DNA from: Kudoa neothunni
Taxonomy: Eukaryota; Animalia; Cnidaria
Assembly: GCA_964304625.1 (NCBI GenBank)
Contig: OZ199838.1
Span: 1,251,158-1,315,157 of the forward strand
Direction: 5' to 3'
DNA: 64,000 nt
Position 1 is the first letter of the stretch; the number at the start of each line of letters is the position of its first letter. The notes under the pieces are model-generated. The model searched no databases. It had not been told where the DNA came from and worked only from the letters and a program-made list of their open reading frames with translations. The position numbers and the translations under genes were made by a program. This document shows, piece by piece, positions 12,399 through 25,386 of the stretch.

Positions 12399-14096
12399 AA
12401 ATAAAGTTATTCATTGGAATGCTTATAAGAATGGCCATTATTAAACTACCTAGAATAAGGAACTATTGAAGTGCTGAACTCAACATAACAATTATAGCTG
12501 AGAAAATGTCGAGAGATCGCTTCATGGATATGCAAAAATTCATTCATTTTTGCGATAACAATGATATTGTTAAATCCTGTACCCACAGGGATTAAGATCG
12601 ATTTTTTAAAGTGACGCCCCTACTAGACATCATTCGAGAGGCCTGTTTGAAAATTGAACCCGACTAAAATCAATGCGTAAATGAGTAAATGATTCCATTT
12701 AAAGGCAAGTCCGGCCTCAAACGATATCTACCATCCAAATCTACAAAATGGGGGTTCAAGGTATCTACAAGAATTGGGTCTGGTGGTATTGTCCACGACT
12801 TTTTTTGAAGATGGCAATTTTACTTACGATGGCGAAAGCTCTTGTTTTCTATCATCCGACATCGTTTTAAAATCGACATAGTCTATTGAAAAAGGAAACA
12901 CACCACCTATATTTTGATAATTATTTTTCAACGCTCCCGCTGCATTCGATTCTACTCAAAATGGGTCATCACTCCACGAGTATGATGAGAAGAAATCGCC
13001 TCCGTAATTGTCCTATCAGTGATGATCAGACCTTTAAAAAATTGAAAAAGGGGGGCAGTTAAGAATACGCGCTATATGTAGACAAAGATTCAAAAACTAA
13101 CATTGTGCGTTGGTTAGACAGCTCCGTCATAACTGTGACATCGACAGCTCACTCTATTTCTCCTATGAGCACTATCGACAGATACGATTGAAAAGAGAAA
13201 AAAGTTGTAAAAATCGATTGCCCACATATCATCAAAATGTACAATCGAAACATGGGTGGAGTGGACTTTTTTGACATGCTGATGGCGCTTTATCGATTGG
13301 ACTATAAATCCCAAAAATGATATAAGAAGATATTTTTTTGGCCCATTAATTAGTGTATCCTTAACGGATGGCTTGTCTACAAACGCCAACAATGCCTGCC
13401 AAACGAAATTCATGCCAAAAATATTCGCTGTTTAATGGATTTTAGCGTTTCGATGAGCGAGCAATTGTTGCATATGCATCAGGTAGTAAATATGATGAGG
13501 AAGAGAGGTAGGCCATCTACAACTGAGTTTGTTATTGTTATTACACCAATTCCAATGACAGCTAGGGTCTATAATTTTTCTGAGTCAAAGGTAAGTAAGA
13601 ATGTACGATTTAATCAAATCTCTTATTTCCCAGAATGCACAACGGCCAAAGTAAGGTCTAAATTTTGTGGACTGCATTCCAGAACAATGTTTCTCAAATG
13701 CGATGTCCACTTATGCCAAAATATAAATAGAAACTGTTTCTTAGACTATCACACAAAAAAATAAATTTTTTTATTACGTTCACCTGTTAATACGTGCATT
13801 TTTTGGGAACGACAACGTCTTTTTAAATTTTTGAGACTATGGTGTCTCCGAATGATGCCATATAGCACCATTAAGTTTAATAGACTTCCTAATTAAATAT
13901 TTCTTTAATTTATATATATATATATATATTATTAATTTTAATTTTTTAGATATTTTGACATTTTCAAAAAAAATATTTTCTCACTCCTTGATTTTCAGGT
14001 CTCAAAGGGTTAACATAAAATGACCTTGACCTATTCAAGGCTTAAGTCAGCGTGGTCGGGCAGGGAAACCCAAGCGAAGCGTGGTTTTTGCGCTAG

Positions 14097-16277
14097 TAAA
14101 TAAGTTATTTTATGATACAGGTAACAAGAATACAATACTTTATTTAAATTATCATTAATAATAAAAATTATTACGTTATATTTATTTAAAAAATTATTAC
14201 TAACGTAATTAATTATGTTAAATTTATTAATACTTGTTAAAAATTTATGTTCATTATTCCCTCGATCAACGTTGATACAATTTAAAATATAAGTTTCTTA
14301 AGACCCAATTAAATATTTCCAGGTTAAGCCAAAAAATTTGTGTTGCCTAACTCTTAGATCTAATGGAATGAATTTAATTTCCGGATTTCAGTTTAAATAG
14401 ATCTTATTGTTATAATTAAATATATTTAAAATAATACCATAGAGCTAAGTTTAGTAAAATTAATTAAATATTTTCAAAAAATATTATTTAAATTGGAGAT
14501 ATATGCTTTCAGCAATTTCTAAATCAATTTTTATTCAGACTCAAGAAAACAATAATATATTCGGATTTTACTATTATTTAAAAAATATAATCTTAATTTT
14601 ACTTGAAGCAAAATGTAAATAAAATTATCAAATTGGTTTAAAATGATTCATTAAGAAACATTACATAATCTAAGGTGATTCATAATCAAGAATTATTCGT
14701 TTTGGCTTTGTATCTCCAAACAAATTTTCGATCGTGTTTATATTCTCTCGATTATCATTGGTGAACTTTCTTGATCGCCTCCCTAAAATAAACCGATCAA
14801 ATATATATATATACTATGATAAAAGTATTGAGAAAATTTTATTTGACTGAATCATCAAGGTCATTTGGTACCTAAAGGTGGTAGTCTAGACGATGATTTA
14901 GAAAGGCTAACATCATTGCATTCAGTTTTGGAATCATTGAAACACGATTCTGTACGCTTAGGAAATTTTTTAAATAATATGAAAATAAGCCCTAGTTACC
15001 TCATCCAATGGATATCTTTTTTCGGTAAAATAACAATAAATAAAGTTGTATGCCTAAATGGGATGATGTAACAACACAATTAAGTATCTCTAACTCTGCA
15101 TGCAAATCGACCCAACAAAGAGGGCTTAAATTCGGTAACTATACATTTATGTTGAATTAACATAAGATAAATCGAATACTTTGGTTTCCTTCTTGTTTGG
15201 AATAGAATGTAGTAAGTGCATATTGGTTTGGATAATTCCTAGGCAACATATCGACATCATTCCATAATGTGTCGATCAGTTTAAGCTTAAAATGTATTAG
15301 GATGAAACAATTAACTAACAGTCGCTAAACATACGCGAGCGTCACAACCGGCATAACGAAACCTAAGCTTCATTAACTCACTCCTCAACTGATCTGTAGC
15401 CTCCACACTTAATGTGTACTAAAAATAATTAATAATGTTATTTTATTTAGAATGAATAATTCACATAATATTTGAAAATAGAAATGGTGTTGTAAAAAAA
15501 TTTAGCAACGAATAAAACATATTACCGTATGTGAGGTTTCCAAAAAAACAAAAATACCAACTAAGCCGAAGGTTAATGCAAAACTCATTCCAAAACTGTA
15601 AATAGAATCTATGCCAATAGTCGCCGATTATATAATGTATTATCTAATCATCAATTCCTGTCATATAGATATAATTTAATAAATTCAAAAAGGTTCAAAG
15701 GAAGTTTCATTGTCTATGATATATCTACCAGTTTTTCTACTGATAAATTAATATGAAAAAGGATTCGTAATACCATAGATGATATCATGTAAAATAAACG
15801 AATAAAATTTCCATTATTTCAAATGTTAATTTCGGCTATCATAATATGCTTCAAATATATTCCAAGTGCAAAATTTTTGAATTATTATAATTTGATATAT
15901 TTTTCAATCAATATTATTATACATAACAAATGAATATTATGATTAAGATAACTAGTATTTGATATGGCAAATTTATAGTTGGTATTAATTATTTAAATCT
16001 GCGCCGAAGATAATCATAAAATATATTAATAAAAAGAATTACTTCAAGCTTATATAAACAATTTATTAAGGCACTGGTTATTGATAAATGATATGGTAAA
16101 TTTGACTTGGCCACAACTCACAGGAACTCTAATTCGTATGCACAACTAGATCTTATAAAAACTGTTTTAGGGTATTAGGCTTGTTTATTTCATATTTAGA
16201 CTGTGATTACTTTTTATTTAAAATGATGTTTTGCTTTTTTAATGGGAGATCAAAAAAACACAACAATATTATATCTT
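14097..16277. repeat. Segmental duplication copy B (no hAT insertion)
   Basis: Matches 1468-3497 plus 6743-6893. Confidence 0.95.
14670..15588 (-). CDS. Secreted orphan family member 3 (recent duplicate of member 2)
   Basis: Same 7-exon structure, splice sites retained, frame open; about 16 aa differences confined to exons 2-5. Confidence 0.8.
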
Positions 16278-16301
16278 TATAAGAAACCAGATAGGAGGAG
16301 A
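16106..16301 (-). mobile_element. ~190-bp mini-Helitron-like repeat (further copies at 45455-45645 + and a split copy at 3477-6893)
   Basis: Reverse-complement homology to 45455-45645. Confidence 0.65.
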
Positions 16302-16499
16302 TAAATTTTTGGATAATGATTATTTTTATGTAATGATCACAAATCTAATTCACATAAATATCGGAGATGGGAAAAACGGGTTAGAGTCGGACGTCTTATC
16401 CTTTCATTGTTGTTAAATATCTTTTTTTTCAAAAAAAGGGAGCCCATAACCACGTTATTACGTTTTATGATAATAAATGGGACTATTATTAACGATGTA

Positions 16500-18360
16500 C
16501 AGTGCAGCATCGCTCGTACGTAATGATACGGGGAATGAAAACGCATTACGCGGAATCGATGCATTATGTACGAGCGATGTATGAGCAAGCGCAATTAAAG
16601 AGTAAAAAATTTTTTTATTTTTTATCAACTTATTGTAAAATATTTCGAACGATAAAGAAACAATTAATCTATTAAGTAGGTTATAGCTTATAATATTCGA
16701 TTTTTCCCGTCCAACTTTTGTACCTAGAAGAAATATTTAGAATTAATTACGTTACAAAATTTATTCTATTTGAAAATAATCAGATATCCTTTCGTTCTCT
16801 CTAGACTCTTCGATAAGTTCATATATTTCTTTTTCAATTTCAAAAATGGATGATATTTTTAAAGAATTACTATTTTTTAAGAAATGAAATAACGCTTCGT
16901 AGTGTTCTCTGGCCTCAGAATACGTATACGTAACCGACTTGCATTCTATATCTATTTCCTTATCAAAATTATTTATTAAATTTAATTTATTTTTTGTGCT
17001 TTTATTTATTTTCTAAGTCGTTTATATTATTTTAAATATTCAAAATTACCATTTCTTTACAACTGATAGATTTTCCGAGTTCAATATTTTGGAGAATTTC
17101 CGAATCGGCATTATCAGTATCATCAGATGTACTAGAATCGCATAGAGTTTTCTCAAACACAAAAAATGATTTTTTGAGATGATTCGTTGTTGTAGTATCT
17201 TTAACATTGTTCCAAGAATCTGAAATCGTATACATTGCCTCTAGCACATCTACGGGTTTCGGCTTAGTGATACTAATATCCAACTGGTTTAGGAAACTTC
17301 GGGATACAAAATTGTTGTATTAAATTTTAAAAGAATTTATGATCCCTAATCTAAAGGCTGAGGTATAATTGTTTTACTCTTTGGGAAGTAACATAAATCG
17401 ATATTTATAAGTTTTAATATGGGATGCGCTGGGCAATTGTCAAGAAAAAGAATGATTTTTTTATTTCGATGTGACATGAGATGATCAAGGTGATTCATAT
17501 ATTTTATAAATAGTTCTGAAGTCATCCAACCATTTTTATTTGACTCGTAGAGCAAGGGCCATGTATTTACACCTTTAAAACATCTTGACTTTTCACATTT
17601 TCCATTAATAAATGGAGGATGTTTTTCGCGAGTCATTGAACATCCAAGAAGAACAGTCACCCGGTTCCTTAATTGCTTTGTTCCCCTAACGTTTCTTTCC
17701 ATTACGGTTATATAACTATTACCTACAAATAAAATTCCAACAGATCATTCAATTAGTATAAACCTTTGTATTGATGGTAAAAAAGATCAGTCTCATCCAT
17801 GTTAAAAATATCTTCAGGTGACCATTCTTCAAGAATAGCGACAAGTTTTTGTTACCATTCTAAGACTATTTCAGTAGGAACACTTGATGCTTCCCCTTGA
17901 AAGGTAACATATTTTAGATTAAAGCGATTTCTAAATTTTTGAAATCAGCCACGATTAAGGTGAGCATTGGAACGACGATTTTCCAACGCAATTCTGCTAG
18001 CCTTTTCAATAATATTTTCCGAATTGATACAACCACCCTTTTTCCTTATTTTTAGAGGATCCATCGATAAATATCGTTGTCGACACTATTATAAATAACT
18101 TTTTTTTAAATTTTTCTTCTGAAATTATGCAGACCTATGTCCCCCGACTAAAAAAATTTCCTCCTTCCTTATTAAAATGGCATCTAATGTTGACATAGTT
18201 TTGATATCGAATTTATCCATCGCCATTCTTTTGGAATTTTTCAATTCATGAATAGACTCATACAATTGAATAATTTCATATTTTCAAACCAAGCTTCTGT
18301 ATTTCCTCTGCATGGTAGGCTTCATTTTATTAATGATTACATACGAGCGATACTGCTCTG
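16500..18360 (-). mobile_element. pogo/Tigger transposon, decayed transposase
   Basis: 25-bp TIRs CAGTGCAGCATCGCTCGTACGTAAT (3 mismatches), TA at left; IFNMDET, RVTVLLG, WMTSELF, LDNCPAH, QPLD motifs. Confidence 0.92.
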
Positions 18361-19479
18361 TGATTAAAAATTATGATGAAACTAACTAAAATTCATCCAG
18401 CAGGATCTATTAAAATGTAACCTAAAATATTTGTATCAACGAAACGCATAAAATTCCAGTAAATACCGCTGTACGAAGAAAATATTAATTTAATACCGTA
18501 AAACAATGACAAATATTATTCTAAATTTTATCTGGAATCAATATCTGAAAAATAAAATTAAAAATTACAACAATTTCAAATCATAATGTTATTTTGATAT
18601 GAAACTTGCTTTTACTATTATTTTTGCGCGAGCGGCAGGGTAATGACCGAAGCTGCATTTTTATTAATTTTTTTAAACTAATATTCTTAAAGATATTTGT
18701 GTTCACTCTATATTTAAAAAATGTATAAAGACGATTTATAATAATATCGGTAGATTTGCATACGCGAAAAAGGGCGAATTTTTGGAGGTGGATGTTCCCC
18801 ATTACCAGTGTTCAAAATACAAATCTATTGGCTGCGATATTCAATTTTTTTTGTTTCTTTTATGTTTATTTCTCTCTTTATAATATGAAAGATTGTTTAT
18901 TTTTTTAACGAAAATTTACGAAACCTTATATAAGCCCACCGAATAAGATTTTGTAGGATTAACTGTCTCATTCAATCACATTTTTCTCAAAATTTTGTCG
19001 ATAGAAATTTCCTAAAATTTATGTGACATTTTAAAACATTTTTTTATTAACTATCGTAGGATAAAAACCCGAGGTCCAAAATACCCCGAGTTTAGTTTGT
19101 TGGAGTGTAGTCGTTTTTGTGTACCTTAGAGGGAGGGCTAAGAAGATATCGATTGTAAGATAAATTTCTCAACATTTTTAACTTTTGAGTCGATGATTTT
19201 ATTTATTTCATCATAATAATTTATTATTTTAACTTACTCTCTAACGATCGATACTTTCTCTAATTTCTTAACTGCACAATGAACATGTCGTCGGATTTAA
19301 TTAAGGAATTTTTGGTGCGTAGTAACTATGCCGTCACATATATTAAAGTTATTGATCATATTTTTAGTATTAATTTAAAAAAAATAAATATTAATAAGTA
19401 AATAATAGAATAAATAAAAATATGAATTTTCATTAGGGAACTATTCCATAATATCCTAAGACATGTGATACTCCTGCAT

Positions 19480-20230
19480 TACTCTACATAAATGATATGT
19501 CTTTCGGTGTGTCTGGATTGCACATTGTTCGACGTCAACAAAAATTAATTCGCAAACGAACCTCATACTGAACTAGTACAAAAGCTTGCTGGAAAAATTA
19601 AAACACGTATAAATAACGTCTATACTAAATGTTTTAATCCGTCAGATAAAAATTCAGAATGAAATTTTGAAAAATCATCATAATTCTCTTGATGAGGAGA
19701 AAATTGGAATAGTTAAAAACATAAATATTGTCGATATCGAACTCTGAAAAAATTTTTCACTCATTAAAGAGGAAGACTTTATTTAATGATCTCACACCAT
19801 ATGCAAAGTATGAAACTAATCTTACATTTAGAATCTCTAAAGGAATTTCAATTGGTACAAATATTTAAAACATAAATGTCTAACTATAAGCGGACAGACG
19901 AGTGTTGAACAATTTACTGATCTTAAAGTTAAACTTAGCACTGATTGCAAGAGTCAGTCGAAAGGGATAATTGTAAATTTTACAATCCATGGTTAACAAT
20001 TTTTGCGAACCGCAGATCAGCTTGAATTAAAAGAGATATTTTCTCTGAGAGTGAAATATGGATCACTTTAACGTAATACTCATGTAAATGAGGTATGGAG
20101 CGGAAGAAAGACAATGCAAAGATAAATTGATATGATATATTTTCAATCAAAAGAATAAAAAATTTTTTCTGCGAACCAATAAAAATGAACTCGAAATGTC
20201 TTTTGAACGATATTTAGGAAGATCAGATTA
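19480..20230 (+). pseudogene. Highly decayed Merlin/ISXO2-like transposase relic
   Basis: Weak residual similarity to the 55751-56802 transposase (KIG..IVDIE; KYG..HVNEVW). Boundaries approximate. Confidence 0.3.
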
Positions 20231-20385
20231 ACCAAAATTCATTGTTGATTTACACTATTCAGCATGTTGATAAAAACTTAAAAATAAAATAAAACTGTCT
20301 AAGCTTTTGTTATTTTTCATCTTCTACTTTATCAAATTTTGAATTACCAAAATAATTAAAGTTTTTGTGAAAACTTCAAGATTTA

Positions 20386-21594
20386 CCCGGGTTTTACATC
20401 CAAAATCGAACAACACGTTATTAAGCACAAGAAAACGAAGCAAAAAATAAATTGAAATATAACCACATGTGAAGAAATAGCATTTCAGATGACTTAAGAA
20501 AACGCTCCATTATGCTTGTGGTTGATGACGGAAAACCTCCTTCCATGATGACTCGCGATCTAGGAATACCAAAATCTACCCTCCGCGGTATGGTATGATA
20601 TGGTATGGTAAAGATATAAAACATTAGATACCTATACAAAAGATGCAAGAGGCGGACCGAGGAAAATTACGACTTCTTATGAAAACAAAGTCAAACGTCA
20701 TCTTCTTCAGCTTAGTGAGGACAATTGTACCATAACTTTACAGTCTATGATTCAAGAACTCAATTTGGATCAGAGCCAAACAATCGTTTGGAGATGACTT
20801 AAAAAATGAACATATCATTCAAAATGACCAGATAGATACCTCAACGCTATAATTCACCCGATGTAAAACAAGAACTGTGAGAATACGCCAATTGTTACAC
20901 AAACATACCAAAAAATGTACATTATGAAAAGGTGATATTCGTCGATAAAAGCCATTTTCCCCTCCATTTACTATGCTCGTATGGGTGCATTCCTGCTGGA
21001 ATGACTCTCAATGCAATGTTGACTAACGACAGGAGTCCTAAAATAGCCATGATCCTGGCTGTCAGCGTCATCAGTGTAGTTCATAGTTAAGCCATTATCA
21101 GGGGCGTAAACTGTTAAATTTTTCAACAATTTTTAATCAAATAAAAAATATGTTGGGCGATGGAGACTACAGTATTGTCGTGGATAACGTCAAATTCCAT
21201 CGTTCTAATATGGAATTTTTGAACGACTGTCCTTATGAGATAAAATATCTACCTTGATACTCGCCATTTTGAAATCCTTGTAGGCAAGTATTTTTGCAAA
21301 TTAAATCAAATACAAGAAAAGATGACTCTATTTGTGGACAAATTGATTTAATACAGAGAATGATAACTTCCTCTCAATCCGTAACTGAGGAAAATTTAAA
21401 AAATTATTTTCTACAAAGTGAAAGTTTTCTTGGATTTTGTCACATCTTAAATGGCATCCCTAAAAATTAAAGAACTATTATAATTTTCATCAATTTCCAT
21501 GGATTACATATAAGTTCTTTTTTTTTAAATGCGGCATAAAATGCCAAATTTTTACTTAAGCATTACAACTTCCTGGTTTGGATGTAAAACCCGG
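20386..21594 (+). mobile_element. Tc1/IS630-like transposon, decayed
   Basis: 18-bp TIRs CCGGGTTTTACATCCAAA, TA flanks; VDNVKFH and YLP*YSPF*NP motifs. Confidence 0.9.
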
Positions 21595-22249
21595 TATCAA
21601 AAACTTATCTTTTGATAGGTATTCCGCTTCGAACCTTGAATGTGCATTATTATACGGAATTCATTATCGATGCATGATCCCGTATTTGCATACGGTCGCA
21701 AAAGATGGGTGAGAGCATGGAAAAAATGATAGTAAAGGTATTTCCAAACGTCTGCTGATAAAAGAATAAAGAATTTTTTATAAAAACACATCCGAATCTT
21801 CCTTGGTTTACACTAAGAAACCTATTTAATTCATTTAAAGCCTCCTTTTCAAACAATAGAGTCTAGTTTGAGAAAATCAAAAAATTTTTCCCCTTAAAAA
21901 TACGCTAATTATAAATTATAACTTTAAGATTTATAAGAACAGGCTAATAATTTTGTAAAAAAAGTCATTTCTTCACTTGATATTTATTTCAATATTATTC
22001 AACAAAATGTAGGGACTTTTCATTTGTGCACAGTGAAAGGAGAAAAATTGTTAAGGTGCGCTCATGTCATTTTTTCACCTTGATACAAGCACGCGCGTTG
22101 GAAATTAATCTCTGAATAGATTAGTGAATTTAGGTACCAAAAAATCAAAATTCAAAGAAATTCGGATATTCTGTTTTATCAGAATTATTTTTACTCTCAT
22201 TATCATTCGGGTAAGACTTCATAATTTTGGAGATGTAAAAACAGGAATT

Positions 22250-22685
22250 TCACCGGAAAAGTTTCTAAATAATCATCATTGAATTAAATTGATAAGCCTG
22301 AACTAGTCAAAAATTATAATTATATTTTATCCGATATCGATAATTCAAAGATATCTTTGGTCAAATGTAAAGAATTTCTCGGAAATCAGTTCGTATTTCG
22401 CTCACAAAGTTTATTCATTGGCAACTAACAACGTAAAATTGTGTGAACTACCAATCTTAAATAAAAATCATTCTTAAAAATATATTCTTAACTTAGAGAA
22501 AAGGAATTCGATTGTAGTTGACTCTCCAGAAAAATTAGTAGAACTTGAAATAAAGACATTTCGTGGTTAAAATTTTTGTCTGTTTGACTCAGGAGAAGAA
22601 ACGTCAGAAAAAATAATTCTATTGACTGCTGATGAAAATCTCGCCTATTTATAAAACTCAAAAGTGAAGATTGCGGGTGGGACTA
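22250..22685 (+). pseudogene. MULE transposase fragment
   Basis: KTFRG*NFCLFDSGEETSEKIILL...IAGGT parallels KTLCGQQLLHFDSGVGSTDRIIIF...GDGT of the 10831 ORF. Confidence 0.55.
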
Positions 22686-23599
22686 AACTGAAAGCTCTCT
22701 AATCCCCTTAAAATAGCGATTTTTATTAAAATTTTATTACTATGTGTAATTGAGATTTTTCTTCGGTTATTGTAGAAATGATAAACATCGTAGCAGGCTT
22801 TCGAATTATTTTACACCCTTACATTGTGCTAATTTTTAATAGTGGACGGTCGGTGTATCGGTTGTTCATACAGATCAAATGTGTATATGTATTCCAGATT
22901 GTATCTTGACAATATCTCGGGAAAATTTCTCATCCAAAGATGAATATAATATATTTAAAATCAGCTCTGTTCTTTTCCGCACGATTTCAGTTTTTCAGAC
23001 CGTAACGCCTTCTGCAATTGTTAAACTAACCCCTGGTCCGCTAAAAACTTTTATTCAAATACCGTTGGCAATAACACATGGTTTTTCGATCATTAAAAAA
23101 CTAGATAATAGTTTTTTCTCGCATTTAAACTACCCAATTGTAAAAATTATTTTAATATCTTTTTATTTTCGGGGTTTAATTATTTTGTAAAATTTTGAAA
23201 TGTTTGATTCTATGGTTTGGGCCTGTTTAGAAAAATTTCTACAAATATTTAAATAACCTATTTGAAATTATCGAAAATATTGAAGTTAATATAACTTGGT
23301 AAACTGAAACGTTTTACAGTAATATCATTAGCACCCGATATAAACTTCAAAAAATTATAGTAATCAATTATTTTTATTATATCTTCATTAATTATTAGAG
23401 AACTTGCAATGCTTTTTATAGTACATCCATCAGGTTAAAGGTATTAAAGTCCAAAAATGAGTTATGCAATAGTGAGACACGGTTTTTCCTAATTTGCTTT
23501 ATATCCGCTATTTCAAAATTTTTGTTTTTTCGTATAATTATCCATTTTAGAATATTGAATATGATTTTTATGTTGTATTTAGTGAATTAAATCAAATAA

Positions 23600-23770
23600 T
23601 GATCATAAAACTAAATTACGCAGTATCGAGGCACAACTGTATTTTGAAAAAATTTTTCTAAAAGGAACCAAATATCTCATCGATGGTTGGAACTCATATG
23701 AAAGAATTATTAATGATATGCGCTTAACTTGAATCAATGCTGAAACGTTAAACCGCCATTTTCGTGATAA
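23600..23770 (+). pseudogene. Merlin/ISXO2-like transposase fragment
   Basis: KGTKYLIDGWNSYERI...ETLNRHF resembles the GT.I.SD.W..Y / TVNH motifs. Confidence 0.35.
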
Positions 23771-25386
23771 ATGTGATCAATGCTTGTAACGTGGATTTTA
23801 GCTAGGGGTTGTAATCCATCAGTCACAGGTGCGTGATCGAGAGCAAGGCGGTACGGCAACTCCGCCTTTTAATGTTAACAACGCAAGCTCGAATCCCAGA
23901 TCTAACCTTATGTTACAATACCACCCAGGTCTTTCGACATTCTTCGCAAAATTAATGATTAATCAGAGTAATGCTGAGAATGACATCGAATGTCACATGC
24001 TTAATGTGGTAAGTCTTACCGATACTAAATCTAGGCGAAAATTGGGTTCTATTAAAGAAATTTCGTAAAATTATCATTCATATTGTAATATGACATATGC
24101 GTTCAGCTTATAGCAAAGATATATACTTGGAAATTAAATGATTAGAAAATTTAGTTTTACTGTCATTACCAATATTTTTTCTTTGCGTATTCGCACTTTT
24201 GTATTTAAAGCTTGTCCAGTTTTCTCTTTATGCGTTTGGCTGTATCTACGTGATAAATAATTGAGACTTAATACCAAACAAATAAGTCAATGGGACGTTA
24301 TTTATGTAGCTGGTAATCGATTTTGCAGCCTTTTTCTGAATTTATTTATGACTCTGAATGTTTCCAATGTAGCATTATTCGCAAAAAAATAGGAATTTAA
24401 CGATAAGCGATAACAATAACATAATAATATTATGATAAAAGTATAAATTCATAAAATACTTCGAAATTCGTCCATAAATAAACGTTAAGATAGTTACTAA
24501 GAGACATTAGAACATACCACATATATCATTGCTAAGTGGCCTCCTTGAAATAATAACTAAATTTTCCCTCAAATTTAAAAGAGATTAGATCATTTTCGAT
24601 CATCATTAGAATCGGGAATTGGTTTGCACATGTCTTAGCTGGTTAAAATTTGACACAAACCAAAATTATTGATTTTTTCAAAAATTGAAACTAAATATCC
24701 CTTGATTTTTTGTCTGTTGTATAATGTATAATCGTTTATATTATTTCAAAAAAATAAAGCAACTTTTCTTCTAAATTCCAAAAAAGGGATATATAATTAT
24801 GTGCAAGCGCAAATAAGTGTGTAAAATCGATCCAGAACCGATTCTACACACTTTATTCATGGTCCTGGAGGTACTGTGAAAAATAGATTACCTATTATAT
24901 TTGTATTTATATATAATAAAAGGAAATAAATTTCTCATCATGCTAATGCTGATGATATGCTATATTTTATTAGGCGCAAACTATTCCTCAGTAGATCATG
25001 CATTTTAAAAGAAACGCATGCAATTCACTCGTAGACATTGAAATATTTTGTATATAAATAATTTCAGTCATTTTTATTTTTGTATATATCTATCTTTTAT
25101 CATACGAATATGAATGCTCTACATTGCATTTCTACTTTATACAGTTCACTAAATTTTGTTACCTTTGAATAGAGCGTAAGTAGAGGGTAAACGATGAGAG
25201 ATATAAAGCTTAAAGGGTTAATGGTGCATAATCGGTTGAGAACCCTGGCTTGGAAAGTTAGCTCGAAGTAGATTTTGTATTAACCTAATTGAAAAAGATC
25301 ATTATTTAAAAAAATGCTTGGAATGTAATAATAATATGAAAAGAGTAATAATATTTTTTCTAACGTAGGTGGATCCGTTTTTCGAC

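Larger units (their letters stand above)
8711..14009 (+). mobile_element. piggyBac transposon (PGBD-like transposase pseudogene 9109-13764) with two nested insertions
   Basis: TTAA on both sides; TIR CCCTTTAAGACC / GGTCTCAAAGGG; subterminal TGGTGCCATATGGCACCAT-type palindromes (~8725, ~9055, ~13852); motifs MIPFKG, KWGFK, YNRNMGGVD and C-terminal CDVHLC..CFLDYH. Confidence 0.93.
6894..14096 (+). mobile_element. Putative non-autonomous Helitron hosting nested elements
   Basis: A|TC 5' ends followed by TCCTAAT..(GT)n at 6894 and 7208; 3' imperfect hairpin AAACCCAAGC-GAA-GCGTGGTTT then CTAG|T at 14093-14097. The ends coincide with the duplication breakpoints. No Rep-Hel ORF seen. Confidence 0.55.
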
